Positions 10,446 through 21,137 of a stretch of 64,000 nt of DNA are shown piece by piece (positions within the stretch are counted from its first letter, which is position 1; every line of letters begins with the position of its first letter). The translations under genes were made by a program, and so were the position numbers. The DNA is from a bacterium (lineage in GTDB: Bacteria; Actinomycetota; Acidimicrobiia; Spongiisociales; ZC4RG35). The stretch covers positions 6,385 through 70,384 of the forward strand of contig JAHEJW010000014.1 of NCBI GenBank assembly GCA_024638655.1, in the 5' to 3' direction. The notes under the pieces were generated by a model, which was given only the letters and a program-made list of their open reading frames with translations, was not told the DNA's origin and did not search any database.

Positions 10446-12653
10446 TCAGTCCGGCAGTGAACCGTTGGCCCGTGAGGACGGGAGACCCACCACCGCGACA
10501 GGTAGGGCACTCTGGTCAAGCATGTATGAGACCCTATGACCGTAGAACGGGCGATTGGTGAGCGCCCTGGCGCTGGCCCCGAGCACCAGCAGGTCGAAGG
10601 CTCCCGAGTTGGCGAACTGCACGATCTCTTCTTCGGCGTTCGGCGCTACCCGGACACCGGTGTCGACATGTACCCCGAGGCGCTCGCCGAAATCAGCCGC
10701 CTCCTGCACCAGCTCCTGGCCCACGCGGAGGCTCTCGTCGACGGACGGTCCTTCGAGGAGAACGCCCTGCCCCTCGGGTCGGTTGACGACATGGAGGGCG
10801 AAGGCCTTGCCGCTTGCGGCCTTCGCCACCGAGTATGCGAACTCCTCGGCGGCTCGGGTCGACTGGCTGGCCGCCACGGGGACCAGCGTGCGGTCCGGCA
10901 GACCCGCTTCGAACTCCCGGCCGTCAGGGAACCTGACGACTATCGATGGGATTGACACCCGGGCCAGGACCCGATCGATGACGGTACTGAAGATCCCTTC
11001 GCCAGTTTCGGTGGCACCCATGACGAGGAGGTCGTATCCGAGGGCTGCTTCGGCCGCGATGGCCTCGGCGGGATCCCTGGCCACACGTCTCTCCGTCCGG
11101 GCATCCTCCAGCTCGGCGACGACATCAGCGGTGTCGGCCAACTCGCCCTCGGCGGTCTTGAAGAGGCCGCGCCAGAAGCCGGGTTTGGCCAGCTCGACGG
11201 CCAGCACCGTCACCTCCGCATCTGGGAACACCCCGGCGATGAGATGAGCCGCGTACTGGCTGTTGGCGCCGCCGCGTGTCGGGATGAGGATGCGCTTCGA
11301 GCCGAGGATCTCGCTCGTCTCCTTCAGCTTCTCTGTCTCGAGACGCTGAGCTTCGTCGCTTGGGATCTCCCAGCCCCTCACCACAAGACGCAACAACTGC
11401 GGAGCCACAACCGAAGTGACGATCGCGGCCAGCACCATAACGGTGTAGCCCGTCTCGCTCACCACACCGAGGTTCAGCCCCACGATGGCAACCACGATCC
11501 CCATGGCGCCCAGAGCAGAGAGGCCCGAGCCGAGTGCCAGGGCTTCTCGTCCCCGCATGCCGCCGAAGAAGCCTCCTGCGAAGGTCCCTATGATCTTGGC
11601 GGCAATCGCAATCAGGATTACGCCGACCGTCCAGCCGACCACTTCGCTCGTGTCGAGCAGCCCTACATCGACCCTGAGTCCGGAAAAGGCGAAGAAGATG
11701 GGTGCGAAGAACGCTGCGGTGAATGTCTCGAGAATCGACCGCACCTGCGGCAGCTGATGACGCAGGCCGGCGAGGAGGATTCCGACGACATAAGCGCCGA
11801 GGATCGCCTCCAAATTGAGGAATTGGGTGATCGCCCCCCCGATCAGGGCGGCAACCAGCGTTATCGAGATGGCCGCGGTGACCGATGAACCCTTGGCCAT
11901 CACGTACCTGAAGAGCCGATCGAGCACCCAGCGGATGACGGTGACCCCGAGTATCAGGAACAACAGCAGGCCGATGAACGAGAAAGCCAGCCGGTCGGGC
12001 TGAAAACCGTCCAGAGCGATCCCCGAGAGCGCAGCCAGCACCAGCCAGCCGACCGCGTCCATTGTCATGCCGGCGGCCAATGTGACCTGTCCGAAGTTCC
12101 TCCTCAGATAACCGAGGTCTTGAAGGATCTTGGCCACAACCGGCAGAGCCGCCACGGACAGTGCCAGTGCGAAGAAGCCGGCGAATACCGCCCTGTCCAC
12201 TCCTTCGCCCACGAACGAATCGGGGACGATGAATGCCAGCGCCCCGACGGCGGCAAAAGGAACGAGAAGAGCACCGCCGGCGGTGGAAAGAGCCGCGCCC
12301 TTGAACCTGGCAATTATCGCCAGGTCGGTCTCGAAGCCGATGACGATCAAAAGCAGAATCACACCCAGCCAGGCCATGCCGAATATCACCGAGCTGACCG
12401 TTGGCTCTCCAAAAACCCAATCGAATGAGCCCGGGGCCAGACGCCCGAAGACGGTGGGCCCGATCACAACACCGGCCAACAGCTCTCCGACCACCGGAGG
12501 TTGGCCGATGCTCTTCATCACCCATCCGAACAGCCGGGCCAGGCCAACGAGCAGGATGAGCTGGACGAGGAAGACGAGGACCTCGTGCTCGGATAGCGGG
12601 GCCAGGGAGCCGCCTTCAGCAGCAAGGAAGATCACAGCGGGCAAGTTAGCCAC
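10446..12653 (-). CDS. Cation:proton antiporter (CPA2/Kef-type) with C-terminal universal-stress-protein domains
   Basis: [17 protein letters not shown], about 12 hydrophobic helices, FFAPIFF; RILIPTRGG and DLLVMGA/DLLVLGA USP motifs. Confidence 0.85.
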   Translation of the reverse strand: MANLPAVIFLAAEGGSLAPLSEHEVLVFLVQLILLVGLARLFGWVMKSIGQPPVVGELLAGVVIGPTVFGRLAPGSFDWVFGEPTVSSVIFGMAWLGVILLLIVIGFETDLAIIARFKGAALSTAGGALLVPFAAVGALAFIVPDSFVGEGVDRAVFAGFFALALSVAALPVVAKILQDLGYLRRNFGQVTLAAGMTMDAVGWLVLAALSGIALDGFQPDRLAFSFIGLLLFLILGVTVIRWVLDRLFRYVMAKGSSVTAAISITLVAALIGGAITQFLNLEAILGAYVVGILLAGLRHQLPQVRSILETFTAAFFAPIFFAFSGLRVDVGLLDTSEVVGWTVGVILIAIAAKIIGTFAGGFFGGMRGREALALGSGLSALGAMGIVVAIVGLNLGVVSETGYTVMVLAAIVTSVVAPQLLRLVVRGWEIPSDEAQRLETEKLKETSEILGSKRILIPTRGGANSQYAAHLIAGVFPDAEVTVLAVELAKPGFWRGLFKTAEGELADTADVVAELEDARTERRVARDPAEAIAAEAALGYDLLVMGATETGEGIFSTVIDRVLARVSIPSIVVRFPDGREFEAGLPDRTLVPVAASQSTRAAEEFAYSVAKAASGKAFALHVVNRPEGQGVLLEGPSVDESLRVGQELVQEAADFGERLGVHVDTGVRVAPNAEEEIVQFANSGAFDLLVLGASARALTNRPFYGHRVSYMLDQSALPVAVVGLPSSRANGSLPD

Positions 12654-12656
12654 CGG

Positions 12657-13739
12657 TCACACGTTGAAGCGGAACTGGACTACGTCATCCGGTTTCATGA
12701 CATACGACTTCCCTTCGGTTCGGATCAGGCCCATCGACTTCGCTGTTGGCCATGAGCCGGCTCGAACCAGGTCGGGATACCCCACCACCTCGGCGGCTAT
12801 GAATCCTCTTTGAAAGTCTGTGTGTATCTCGCCGGCAGCCTCGTAGGCCGTGGATCCGCTTCGAATCGTCCAGGCCCTCGTCTCCTTCTCGGCCCCGGTG
12901 AGGAAGCTCTGCAACCCGAGAGCCCGGTAAGCCGCCCTGACGACGGCGTCGAGACCGGGCTCGACCAGACCGGCACCCTCCAGGAGCTCTGCGCGATCCT
13001 CCGGAGCCAGTTCGGCCAGCTCCGCTTCCAACTGGGCGTCGATGAAGAGGGCTTCGGACGGCTCCACCAGCGAGCCGAGCTCCTCACGGCGCGCCTTGTC
13101 ATCAAGCACCTCGGGATCTGAGTTGAACACATAGATCACCGGCTTCGCAGTCAGCAGATGTAGGTCTTTGAACTGGTCCCGACGGCTCATGAGACCGGGA
13201 ACGCGGTTCACCCTTCCCCCCTCTGCTATCACGTCGTGCAGCTCCTTGAGCAGGGTCACCCTGCCCGACAGCGAGCGATCGGCCGTCGCCTCCTTCTCCA
13301 GTTTCATCAAGCGCTTGTCGATGGTCTCGAGATCGGCGATTGCCAACTCGGTCTCGATGACCTCGATGTCGCGCTTGGGGTTCGGGTTGTCGTCCACATG
13401 TGCCACGTCCGGGGCTTGGAAGACCCTCACCACATGACAGATGGCATTGACGTCGCGGATATTGCCGAGGAACTGGTTGCCCAGGCCCTCCCCTCGGCTC
13501 GCCCCTTCCACCAGTCCGGCGATATCGACGAACGTGACCGTGGCCGGGGTCTTCGCCGCAGAGCCGAACACCTCGACCAGCTTGTCCAGGCGCGGGTCCG
13601 GGATCGGGACAATCCCGGTGTTGGGCTCGATCGTCGCAAACGGATAGTTGGCGGCGATCGCCCCGGCGTTGGTGAGTGCATTGAAGAGAGTGGACTTGCC
13701 CACGTTGGGCAAGCCGACGATCCCCATGGAAAGGCGCAT
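12657..13739 (-). CDS. ychF: Redox-regulated ATPase YchF (Obg family)
   Basis: GIVGLPNVGKSTLFNALT, ANYPFATIEPN, DIAGLVEGASRGEGLGNQFL, IHTDFQRGFI, FRFNV. Confidence 0.97.
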   Translation of the reverse strand: MRLSMGIVGLPNVGKSTLFNALTNAGAIAANYPFATIEPNTGIVPIPDPRLDKLVEVFGSAAKTPATVTFVDIAGLVEGASRGEGLGNQFLGNIRDVNAICHVVRVFQAPDVAHVDDNPNPKRDIEVIETELAIADLETIDKRLMKLEKEATADRSLSGRVTLLKELHDVIAEGGRVNRVPGLMSRRDQFKDLHLLTAKPVIYVFNSDPEVLDDKARREELGSLVEPSEALFIDAQLEAELAELAPEDRAELLEGAGLVEPGLDAVVRAAYRALGLQSFLTGAEKETRAWTIRSGSTAYEAAGEIHTDFQRGFIAAEVVGYPDLVRAGSWPTAKSMGLIRTEGKSYVMKPDDVVQFRFNV

Positions 13740-13789
13740 CGGGGTCGTCAGGATAGGTTGGCGGCCAGCGATATCACTACCGTGACCTC

Positions 13790-14791
13790 ATGCGACGTAT
13801 GGCGGTCATCGGAGCCGGCTCCTGGGGCACGACGCTCGCCTCCCTGGCAGCCCAATCGGTGCCTACGGTCTTGTGGGCACGTCGCGCCGAGCTGGCTGCC
13901 ACGGTGAACCAGCGCCACGAGAACCCCGACTATTTGTCCGGTCATCGACTCACCGAGGATCTCGATGCCACCAGCGACCTAAGGGAGGCGATCGGCGGCG
14001 CCGACGCCGTGGTGATGGCTGTCCCGTCGCACGGCTTTCGCGAGGTCTTCGAGCAGATCTCACCCCACCTCGACCCGCGGGTCCCAGTTGTCTCCCTCAC
14101 CAAGGGAATCGAACAGGACACCCTGCAAACCATGACACAAGTGGTGACCAGCTCCGCCCCTGACCATGACGACACCCGGATTGGTGTGCTCACCGGGCCC
14201 AACCTCGCCTCGGAGATCATCGTCGGGCAGCCAACGGCAGCTGTGATCGCCATGAGCGACCAGGAATCGGCCGAGAGCGTTCAGAACGCGCTCATGGGCC
14301 CCACTTTCCGCGTCTACACCAACGACGACGTCATCGGGTGCGAGCTCGGTGGGGCCATGAAGAACGTGATGGCCATCGCCGCCGGCATGTCCGATGGCCT
14401 GGGATTCGGTGACAACACACGTGCAGCTTTGATCACGAGGGCATTGGCAGAGCTGAGCCGCCTGGGCATACGTCTCGGCGGTCGACCAGCGACCTTTGCC
14501 GGCCTCGCCGGCATGGGAGACCTCATCGCGACCTGCAGTTCCTCCCTGAGCAGGAACCATCGTGTGGGAGTCGCCCTGGCCGGTGGCAAATCACTCGATC
14601 AGATAACCGCGGAGATGAACATGGTTGCCGAGGGGGTGAAGACGACACGCGCTGTACTCGGTCTGGCCGATCGAGCTGCCGTCGACATGCCCATCGCGAC
14701 ACACGTCGGTCGAGTTCTCCATGAGGGGATGAACCCCCGGGACGCCGTTCTCAGCTTGATGACGAGAGAAGCGAGGGGCGAGACGGATTGA
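13790..14791 (+). CDS. gpsA: NAD(P)H-dependent glycerol-3-phosphate dehydrogenase
   Basis: GAGSWGTTLA, AVPS, TKGIE, GPNLA, GGAMKNV, GMGDLIATC.S..SRN, AEGV. Confidence 0.96.
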   Translation: MRRMAVIGAGSWGTTLASLAAQSVPTVLWARRAELAATVNQRHENPDYLSGHRLTEDLDATSDLREAIGGADAVVMAVPSHGFREVFEQISPHLDPRVPVVSLTKGIEQDTLQTMTQVVTSSAPDHDDTRIGVLTGPNLASEIIVGQPTAAVIAMSDQESAESVQNALMGPTFRVYTNDDVIGCELGGAMKNVMAIAAGMSDGLGFGDNTRAALITRALAELSRLGIRLGGRPATFAGLAGMGDLIATCSSSLSRNHRVGVALAGGKSLDQITAEMNMVAEGVKTTRAVLGLADRAAVDMPIATHVGRVLHEGMNPRDAVLSLMTREARGETD

Positions 14792-15414
14792 GCGACAAGA
14801 CCACTATTCGGCGTCTGCCCGACAGAGCGGTCGCGGACACGGATCAGATCTTCTCGATCCTCGACGCGGGCTTCCTGTGCCACGTCGCCTACCTCCGGGA
14901 TGGTCGGCCGGTGGTCATCCCGACTCTCTACGCCCGCGACGGAGAGCGCATCCTCTTGCACGGATCGAACTCGTCCGGTTTCGTGCGTGCAGCCAGAGAG
15001 GGCTCACCATTCTCGGTCGGAGTAACCCACGTCGATGCGATCGTGGCGGCCAGAAGCGGCCTTCACTCCTCGGCCAATTACCGAAGCGTGGTCATACACG
15101 GTCATGGCTCGATCCTCGAGGGGGCCGAGAAAGCAAAGGCCCTGGACTTGATCGTCGACTGGATGATCCCCGGCCGGGTTGCCGACATCCGCAGGCCGAC
15201 GGAGCCCGAGGTCAAACAGACATCGGTGGTCGCATTGGACCTGGTCGAGGTCTCGGCCAAGGCACGTACGGGCGGCCCCAAGGACGATCCCGAGGATCTC
15301 GGCTCGGATACCTGGGCGGGTTTGATACCGATCGAGCAGACGAGGGGCGAGCCGATCGCGGCGGAGGACCTGGACCCTGGAATCCCAGTCCCGGATTATC
15401 TGAACAATCCGTGA
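14788..15414 (+). CDS. Pyridoxamine 5'-phosphate oxidase-like flavin-binding protein (NimA/NimC family)
   Basis: ILDAGFLCHVA, PVVIPTLY, LHGS, HSSANYRSVV, SAKARTGGP, WAGLIP. Confidence 0.85.
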   Translation: MSDKTTIRRLPDRAVADTDQIFSILDAGFLCHVAYLRDGRPVVIPTLYARDGERILLHGSNSSGFVRAAREGSPFSVGVTHVDAIVAARSGLHSSANYRSVVIHGHGSILEGAEKAKALDLIVDWMIPGRVADIRRPTEPEVKQTSVVALDLVEVSAKARTGGPKDDPEDLGSDTWAGLIPIEQTRGEPIAAEDLDPGIPVPDYLNNP

Positions 15415-15464
15415 GGTTGACAACGAGACTGCAACCGAGTCGGTCCTGACGGGGTTCTCAAGAT

Positions 15465-16397
15465 ATGGCTTCCACCCGGCTTCTCATGACATCGCACGGA
15501 ACGAACCGCGAGGCCTTCTCTGCAACGGACTGGGGCCTTTTCCTGTCGCTGAGCCTGATCTGGGGTGGTTCATTCCTCTTCATGGCGATCGGGCTCGATG
15601 CCTTTCATCCCGGTCTTGTCACCTGGCTGCGGGTCGGCTTCGGAGCGGCTTTCATGGCACTTCTGCCCCAGGCACGTCGAACCTCGATACCGACGGAGGA
15701 CCGCATCAGGGTTCGTTCGCTCGGGGCGCTCTGGATCGCCCTTCCGCTGACCCTCTTCCCCATCGCCCAGCAATGGATCGACTCGGCTGTCGCTGGGATG
15801 CTCAACGGCGCCATGCCGATATTCACCGCGGTTCTGGCGACCATCCTCCTCAAGACCTTGCCCGGTCGTTTGCAGCTGATCGGCCTTCTCATAGGGTTCG
15901 CAGGCATCATCGCCATCGCCCTTCCCTCGGCGGGGAAGGGAAGCACGGCTGCCATCGGTGTGATACTGGTCCTGATAGCCACCGTTTGTTACGCCTTTGC
16001 GGTGAACATCGTGGCGCCCCTTCAGCAGACCCACGGGGCTCTGGCGGTCATCGCCAGGGCTCAATGGGTAGCTGTGCTGCTTGTCACTCCCTACGGCATC
16101 TACGGGCTGATGAATTCCTCTTTCGCGTGGCCGTCTCTGTTTGCCATGTTGGCAGTCGGGTTTCTGGGCACAGGTTTGGCTTTTGTCATGATGGCGAAGC
16201 TGGCAGGGAGCGTTGGCCCGACCAGATCGGCCTTCATCACTTACGTGATACCGGTAGTCGCTTTGGTACTCGGTGTGATCTTCCGTGGCGAGGTCGTCTC
16301 CTCGGTTGCCATCTCTGGTGTTGTCCTGGTCATTGCCGGGGCCCTGCTCGCCTCACGACGTGAGACGAGACGGAGCGCGATCGAGGCCCCCGTCTAA
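15465..16397 (+). CDS. DMT/EamA family transporter
   Basis: LIWGGSFLF, two EamA repeats, about 10 TM, ITYVIPVVA. Confidence 0.85.
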   Translation: MASTRLLMTSHGTNREAFSATDWGLFLSLSLIWGGSFLFMAIGLDAFHPGLVTWLRVGFGAAFMALLPQARRTSIPTEDRIRVRSLGALWIALPLTLFPIAQQWIDSAVAGMLNGAMPIFTAVLATILLKTLPGRLQLIGLLIGFAGIIAIALPSAGKGSTAAIGVILVLIATVCYAFAVNIVAPLQQTHGALAVIARAQWVAVLLVTPYGIYGLMNSSFAWPSLFAMLAVGFLGTGLAFVMMAKLAGSVGPTRSAFITYVIPVVALVLGVIFRGEVVSSVAISGVVLVIAGALLASRRETRRSAIEAPV

Positions 16398-16437
16398 GCC
16401 GATAGACATCAGCGAGCACCAGACCTGGTCAACTGTT

Positions 16438-16610
16438 CACGGCACGGTCGTCGTGCAAGCCAGTCGAATAGCCGATCTCTGCGGCGTCGGCGACATTCTG
16501 TCTCCGACAGCGTGCGTCAGTTCGGTCGGCGAAGGTTTCCAATTTGAACCGGAAGGCGAAGTGAGGCTCAAAGGACTCGACCTCCCCGATCGAGTTGGGG
16601 AAGTCCGCCA
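16438..16610 (+). pseudogene. Remnant of class III adenylate/guanylate cyclase C-terminus
   Basis: HGTVVVQASRIADLCGVGDIL...VGEGFQFEPEGEVRLKGLDLPDRVGEV; SDSVRQ segment lies in another frame (compensating frameshifts near 16501/16523); no start or N-terminal half. Confidence 0.6.
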
Positions 16611-16665
16611 AGACGCGCAGCCATGGAGGGTGGGACGCACACTTCCCGTGGTGCTCCTCCGGTGT

Positions 16666-17577
16666 TCAAGCCACCGCGCGTGATGCGATGCGCAGCGCTC
16701 TCATCGCACGCTCCTTGTCGCCAAGACGGTGACGAAGGTCACGCTCCAGGCCCCCGATGGGGTACAGGTTCTGCGGCGCCCTCGGGTCCTTGTGACGCGC
16801 CGAGGCGTAGCGGGGAAGAGACGCACTCACCCGGTTGGCGATGCGAGCCGCCTCTGTGACAGTCCGGTCGGCGTCGATCTCACAGCGAACCAATCCCCCG
16901 GCCGGGCCGGCGTGGTTGGCCAGCCGTAGGTACCACGAGTACCTGCTCCAGGAGGTAGTCGTGACAAAGAGAGGAGTGCGGTAGCCGGCGGGTAGAGATG
17001 TCAGCACCTGGCGCAACTCGAGCGGCAGGTATTGCACCTTCTGGGTCTTGACGTAGCCGATCGCGTTGTCGATGTCGCGGGCATGGGACAAAGGGCCGTC
17101 CACCACGAGGAGCTCGGCGCCCCCGGCGGCCCGAGTCACCTCGGCTTCGAGAGAGCCCATCCGTTGCTGGATACCCAGCCAGAGTTCTTCGGGTGTCGTT
17201 CCTTTGGTGGCCTTGACCCCATAGGTCCCCACGGTCGTATGGACGTCCTCGGCTGGAGCGGAAGTGAACAGACCCCGATCTACTGCGAACTCCTCCAGCA
17301 CCGCCCCCCCGTTACACCGGACCGCCCCGGCCGCATAGGTGGCGGCAAGTGCGAATGCAGGGAAGTCAGGGGGTTGATCGATCCAAAGTGTGGCGTCCAC
17401 GCGCCGGACCCCGTCGACGAAGAGAATGTCCCCGGCACCATCGTCATCGGGGAGGATCGGCCGCCAGTTCTCGGACCGGACTTCGATCGAGACGTCGACG
17501 TTCTCACTCGCATCGGTCAGCTCCGGATCGGTCGGTGCTCCGTAGTCTGAATCCCAGGCCTCGACGGTGAACTTCAC
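16666..17577 (-). CDS. nurA: NurA-family 5'-3' nuclease
   Basis: FVDGVRRVD, VVDGPL, GYVKT, RYSWYLRL, DPRAPQNLYPIGGLERDLRHRLGD; downstream of herA-sbcD-sbcC. Confidence 0.8.
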   Translation of the reverse strand: MKFTVEAWDSDYGAPTDPELTDASENVDVSIEVRSENWRPILPDDDGAGDILFVDGVRRVDATLWIDQPPDFPAFALAATYAAGAVRCNGGAVLEEFAVDRGLFTSAPAEDVHTTVGTYGVKATKGTTPEELWLGIQQRMGSLEAEVTRAAGGAELLVVDGPLSHARDIDNAIGYVKTQKVQYLPLELRQVLTSLPAGYRTPLFVTTTSWSRYSWYLRLANHAGPAGGLVRCEIDADRTVTEAARIANRVSASLPRYASARHKDPRAPQNLYPIGGLERDLRHRLGDKERAMRALRIASRAVA

Positions 17578-19934
17578 GTGACGACCTCGACCTTCGACCC
17601 CTCGGGCTCTCTGGTCACCTGATATCGAACCGGCGCCCTTGCCGCCAGCTCTTTCACGTGGGTGATCACACCGACCATCAGCCCGCTCCCTGCCAGCTCC
17701 TCGAGCACCGAGGCGACCACGTCGAGCGACTCCTCGTCGAGCGTCCCGAACCCTTCGTCGAGGATGATCGCTTCGAGCCCGGCGCCACCCGTTCCCGAGA
17801 GTGTCTCGGCAAGTGACAGCGACAGCGCCAGCGACACGAGGAATGTCTCGCCGCCGGAGAGTGTGGCGACGTCTCTCAGCTCGTCGGCGTTGCGATGGTC
17901 GATGATCCGGAAGCTCCCATCCTCATCGGCCTCCAGCGAGTACCCGCCACCCGACAGCTGGGCGAGCAGGTCGTTGGCACCCACCACCAACCCGTTGATC
18001 GCCCCGGCCATGAGCCATCGTTCGAACCCGTTGGCCTTCAGGTGGCCGGCCAATGCTCCGGCTATGGCCGCCTCGCGGGTGGACTCTTCGATTTGGCTGC
18101 GAAGCTCGTCGACCCGTTCGATCAGTGTCTGGAGCTTCTCTGCCGTCTGACGTGCGATCTCGATGTCTCTCGCCAGCTGAACCGCATAGGGAGGCTGTGC
18201 AGGGACCTGGGCATCCTCGAGACGTGACACAAGCCCTGCTTGCCGTCCCTCGATATCGGCCTGCTGACGATTGACCCGGTCGAGAAGGCTGGTTCGCTCG
18301 CCCGATAGATGTTCGAGCCGCTCGTCACTCCAAGACAGCAGGTCCTTCCATTGAATTGCCGGGTCGTCGCTCTCAGAGTGAGGCGGCTTGAGGTCGGCGA
18401 TGTTCTCCCGGGCCATCATGAGGGCTCGCCCGACGGTTCTCACCGACTCCGACTCCGACTCCAGCCGCTTGCGCGCCTCACGCCAAGATTCCTCGAGCTG
18501 TGTCAGGTCTCGCTGAGCCACGACCAGCCGCTGGGAAGCCTCGGTGCGCTCCCTGGCAGCCTCTTCTAGCTCGTCCAGATCAAGAGCGGCCGCGATCGAC
18601 TGGGCAAGCCGTTCCCTCTGGTCGGCAAGCGTCGCCCTGGTTGCGGTCAGCTCGGACAACTCCATGCGAGCCGATTCGAGCTTGTCGCGCGCCAGGCGAT
18701 AGGCGTCTTTCGCCTCTTCCAGCGCGCCCTGGCGCTCGCTGAGGCTGTGTGGCATCGCGATCGCCGGGACATCGACCACTTCCCTGGCGCACACCGGACA
18801 GGGCTGGCCCTTCTCGAGTGTGCTGGCAACGGCATGCGCGGCATGGGTCAGTCGGGCGGAGGCCAGCTCCTCGTTGGCCGTGTCGAGCCGCACCTGCGTC
18901 TCCTCGGCGAGCTCCACGAGATCGTCGACCTTCTCCTGAGCCACGTCGATGTCGAGGTTCTCGAGACGTGTGCTCAGCTCTTTCAGCTCGAGTCGGGCCG
19001 ATCGGGCACCCTCGATCGCTTCCTCACTCGGCAATTGGGACAAGTGCTTCTCGATCGCGGCGATCTCCTCACGTTTGTCGCCCATTGCCTGCTCGGCGAG
19101 CTCCTCCGCCTCTCTCGCCTCGGTCAGACGCTGCTCCATCTGGTCGAGATGATCCGGCGGTCTGAGATCACCGAGACGCTCGACGGCGCTCTCGATGGCG
19201 CCCAAATCTCGTCTGGACGATCCGAGGTCCTGGTTCAGCTCGTCGAGTTCGCTCATCAGGTCGTCGATCTCAACTGCCAGGTCTTCGAGGTGGGTGACCC
19301 TCGAGACGGCTGCTTCGAGACTCGAAACCGTGGGAGCATCGATCGACTCGAGGTGATTCTCGGCCGCAGCGAGACGCTCGGAAGCCACAGACCGGCGCAC
19401 AGTGGCGAGCTCCCGCATCTGGCTGAACACCTCGAGACCCAGCAGGTCTCTCAACAGATCCCGTCGCTCCTTGGACCCGGCCTTGAGGAAGCGCGCGAAC
19501 TCGCCCTGAGGAAGAACGACCGTCTTGGTGAAGTCGTCGAAGCGCAACTTGAGAAGGTCCTCCACGGCGGTGGTCACCTCACCCGAGCCGGCGGCCAAGG
19601 GCGATCCGTCGGACCTCTCCAAACGGGCTTCTTTGACCGAAGCACCGGTTTCCGTTCGCTCCGCGACTCGGGACGCGACATAGCCCTCACCGTCGACCTC
19701 GAACTCGAAAGCGACTCGGGCACGGTCGGCCCCCGCCGTGATAACCGGGGCCACCGCCCTGGCGCCGAGTCGGGGGACTCGTCCGTATAGAGCGAAGATC
19801 ATCGCATCGATCAGGCTCGATTTCCCTGCCCCCGTCGGGCCCGAGAGGGCGAAGAACTCGACGTCTTCCAGATCTACTTCGACCCTTGACCTGTAAGCCG
19901 AGAACCCTTCGACGGTGATCCGGGTGGGCCTCAC
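17574..19934 (-). CDS. sbcC: SbcC/Rad50-like SMC ATPase
   Basis: Walker A GPTGAGKSS, Q-loop VLPQGEF, CPVC zinc hook, LSGGE signature, ILDEGFGTLD, ITH; GTG 19934 overlaps sbcD stop. Confidence 0.93.
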   Translation of the reverse strand: MRPTRITVEGFSAYRSRVEVDLEDVEFFALSGPTGAGKSSLIDAMIFALYGRVPRLGARAVAPVITAGADRARVAFEFEVDGEGYVASRVAERTETGASVKEARLERSDGSPLAAGSGEVTTAVEDLLKLRFDDFTKTVVLPQGEFARFLKAGSKERRDLLRDLLGLEVFSQMRELATVRRSVASERLAAAENHLESIDAPTVSSLEAAVSRVTHLEDLAVEIDDLMSELDELNQDLGSSRRDLGAIESAVERLGDLRPPDHLDQMEQRLTEAREAEELAEQAMGDKREEIAAIEKHLSQLPSEEAIEGARSARLELKELSTRLENLDIDVAQEKVDDLVELAEETQVRLDTANEELASARLTHAAHAVASTLEKGQPCPVCAREVVDVPAIAMPHSLSERQGALEEAKDAYRLARDKLESARMELSELTATRATLADQRERLAQSIAAALDLDELEEAARERTEASQRLVVAQRDLTQLEESWREARKRLESESESVRTVGRALMMARENIADLKPPHSESDDPAIQWKDLLSWSDERLEHLSGERTSLLDRVNRQQADIEGRQAGLVSRLEDAQVPAQPPYAVQLARDIEIARQTAEKLQTLIERVDELRSQIEESTREAAIAGALAGHLKANGFERWLMAGAINGLVVGANDLLAQLSGGGYSLEADEDGSFRIIDHRNADELRDVATLSGGETFLVSLALSLSLAETLSGTGGAGLEAIILDEGFGTLDEESLDVVASVLEELAGSGLMVGVITHVKELAARAPVRYQVTREPEGSKVEVVT

Positions 19935-21064
19935 GACATCACCTCGTCGAGAAGGTTGGCGAACAGCTTCTCGACATCGGGATCCTTCTGCCCCTTCTCG
20001 TCCAGGTAGCGGTGGAAGGCCTCGATCGGGCTGATGGATCGGCGATCGTCCGGCCCGTGCCGTGGGCCTGGCTCGGGGTTGTCCAGGACTACTTCCACGG
20101 CGCCAGGGATCACGGACCTCACCTCGTCGGCAAGCCCGACACGACCCCTCTCGGTGAGGATGACCTTGACGTAGGCGGATCCCACGTCGTCGGCGCGGGC
20201 GATCACCTCGTCGAGACTCCCACGGAGGGTGACGAGACGACGGCCGGACGTCAGGGGAATGGCGGTGACCCGTGCCGGGAGGCCCGGCTCGGCTTCCACC
20301 AGCAGGACGCCTTTCTGATCGTCGACCTCGCCGAAGTCCAGTTGCAACGGCGAGCCCGAATACCACACCGACCCGGCATGGGGGACCTTCTGCTGACGGT
20401 GCAGATGACCAAGCGCTACGTAGGTGAGGTGTCCTGGGAAGACGCTGGTTGGGACGGCATAGCCGAAGATGTGGGCTTTGCGCTCACCACCCCCCGACTC
20501 GGCACCGAAGACCGTCAGATGGCTCAACAGCAGGTTGACCGTGCTCGCGGTCATTGGAGATGTGAGAGCGTCGACGACTCGGCCCACCCGATCCTGATAG
20601 GCGGCAGAGTGCTGGTCGGGATCCTCGCCCATCATCTGTTCGACCTTGACTATCCCCCGCTGGGAGACGAACGGCAGCAGGGCGGCACGCACGTCCAGGT
20701 CGGGAAGGTCCACCACACCGCCGTCATCGGGCTTGGCCGGGGTACCGACCGCGGTTACCCGTCCCATCTCGAGGAGCGGGGCTATGGCATCGAGTCGGAG
20801 GGGGCTGTCATGATTGCCGGCGACGACCAGAACCGGGGCGATCTCGGCGAGATCCAGCAGTGACCGCCACACGATCTGCTCCGCCGTCGCCGCTGGTGAG
20901 GAGGTGTCGAAGAGGTCTCCGGCAACCACGGTCAGGTCGACTTCGTGGTCGGCGGCGATGCCGACTATCTCGGCCAACACCTCAACGTGCTCAGCAGATC
21001 GGTCACGGCCCCGGATACGCCTGCCGACATGCCAATCGGAGGTATGGAGGATCTTCACACCCAT
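19931..21064 (-). CDS. sbcD: SbcD/Mre11-like metallophosphoesterase nuclease
   Basis: LHTSDWHVG, AGDLFD, GNHD, LGHLH, YSGSPLQLDFGE. Confidence 0.94.
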   Translation of the reverse strand: MGVKILHTSDWHVGRRIRGRDRSAEHVEVLAEIVGIAADHEVDLTVVAGDLFDTSSPAATAEQIVWRSLLDLAEIAPVLVVAGNHDSPLRLDAIAPLLEMGRVTAVGTPAKPDDGGVVDLPDLDVRAALLPFVSQRGIVKVEQMMGEDPDQHSAAYQDRVGRVVDALTSPMTASTVNLLLSHLTVFGAESGGGERKAHIFGYAVPTSVFPGHLTYVALGHLHRQQKVPHAGSVWYSGSPLQLDFGEVDDQKGVLLVEAEPGLPARVTAIPLTSGRRLVTLRGSLDEVIARADDVGSAYVKVILTERGRVGLADEVRSVIPGAVEVVLDNPEPGPRHGPDDRRSISPIEAFHRYLDEKGQKDPDVEKLFANLLDEVMS

Positions 21065-21071
21065 AGTTCCG

Positions 21072-21093
21072 ATCGTAGAAAGGGGGTGTGACA
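21072..21093 (-). promoter_or_regulatory. PafBC/RecA-NDp-like DNA-damage promoter upstream of sbcD
   Basis: TGTCAC-N10-TACGAT, 7 nt before the ATG (leaderless spacing). Confidence 0.7.
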
Positions 21094-21137
21094 GATCCGG
21101 GTAACTGGTGCTCTAAACCGCCAGTCCCGCCCGCGAT

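Noticed and set aside
19935-20366. N-terminal extension of SbcC
   Set aside because: Overlaps sbcD in another frame; SbcC homology starts at GTG 19934.
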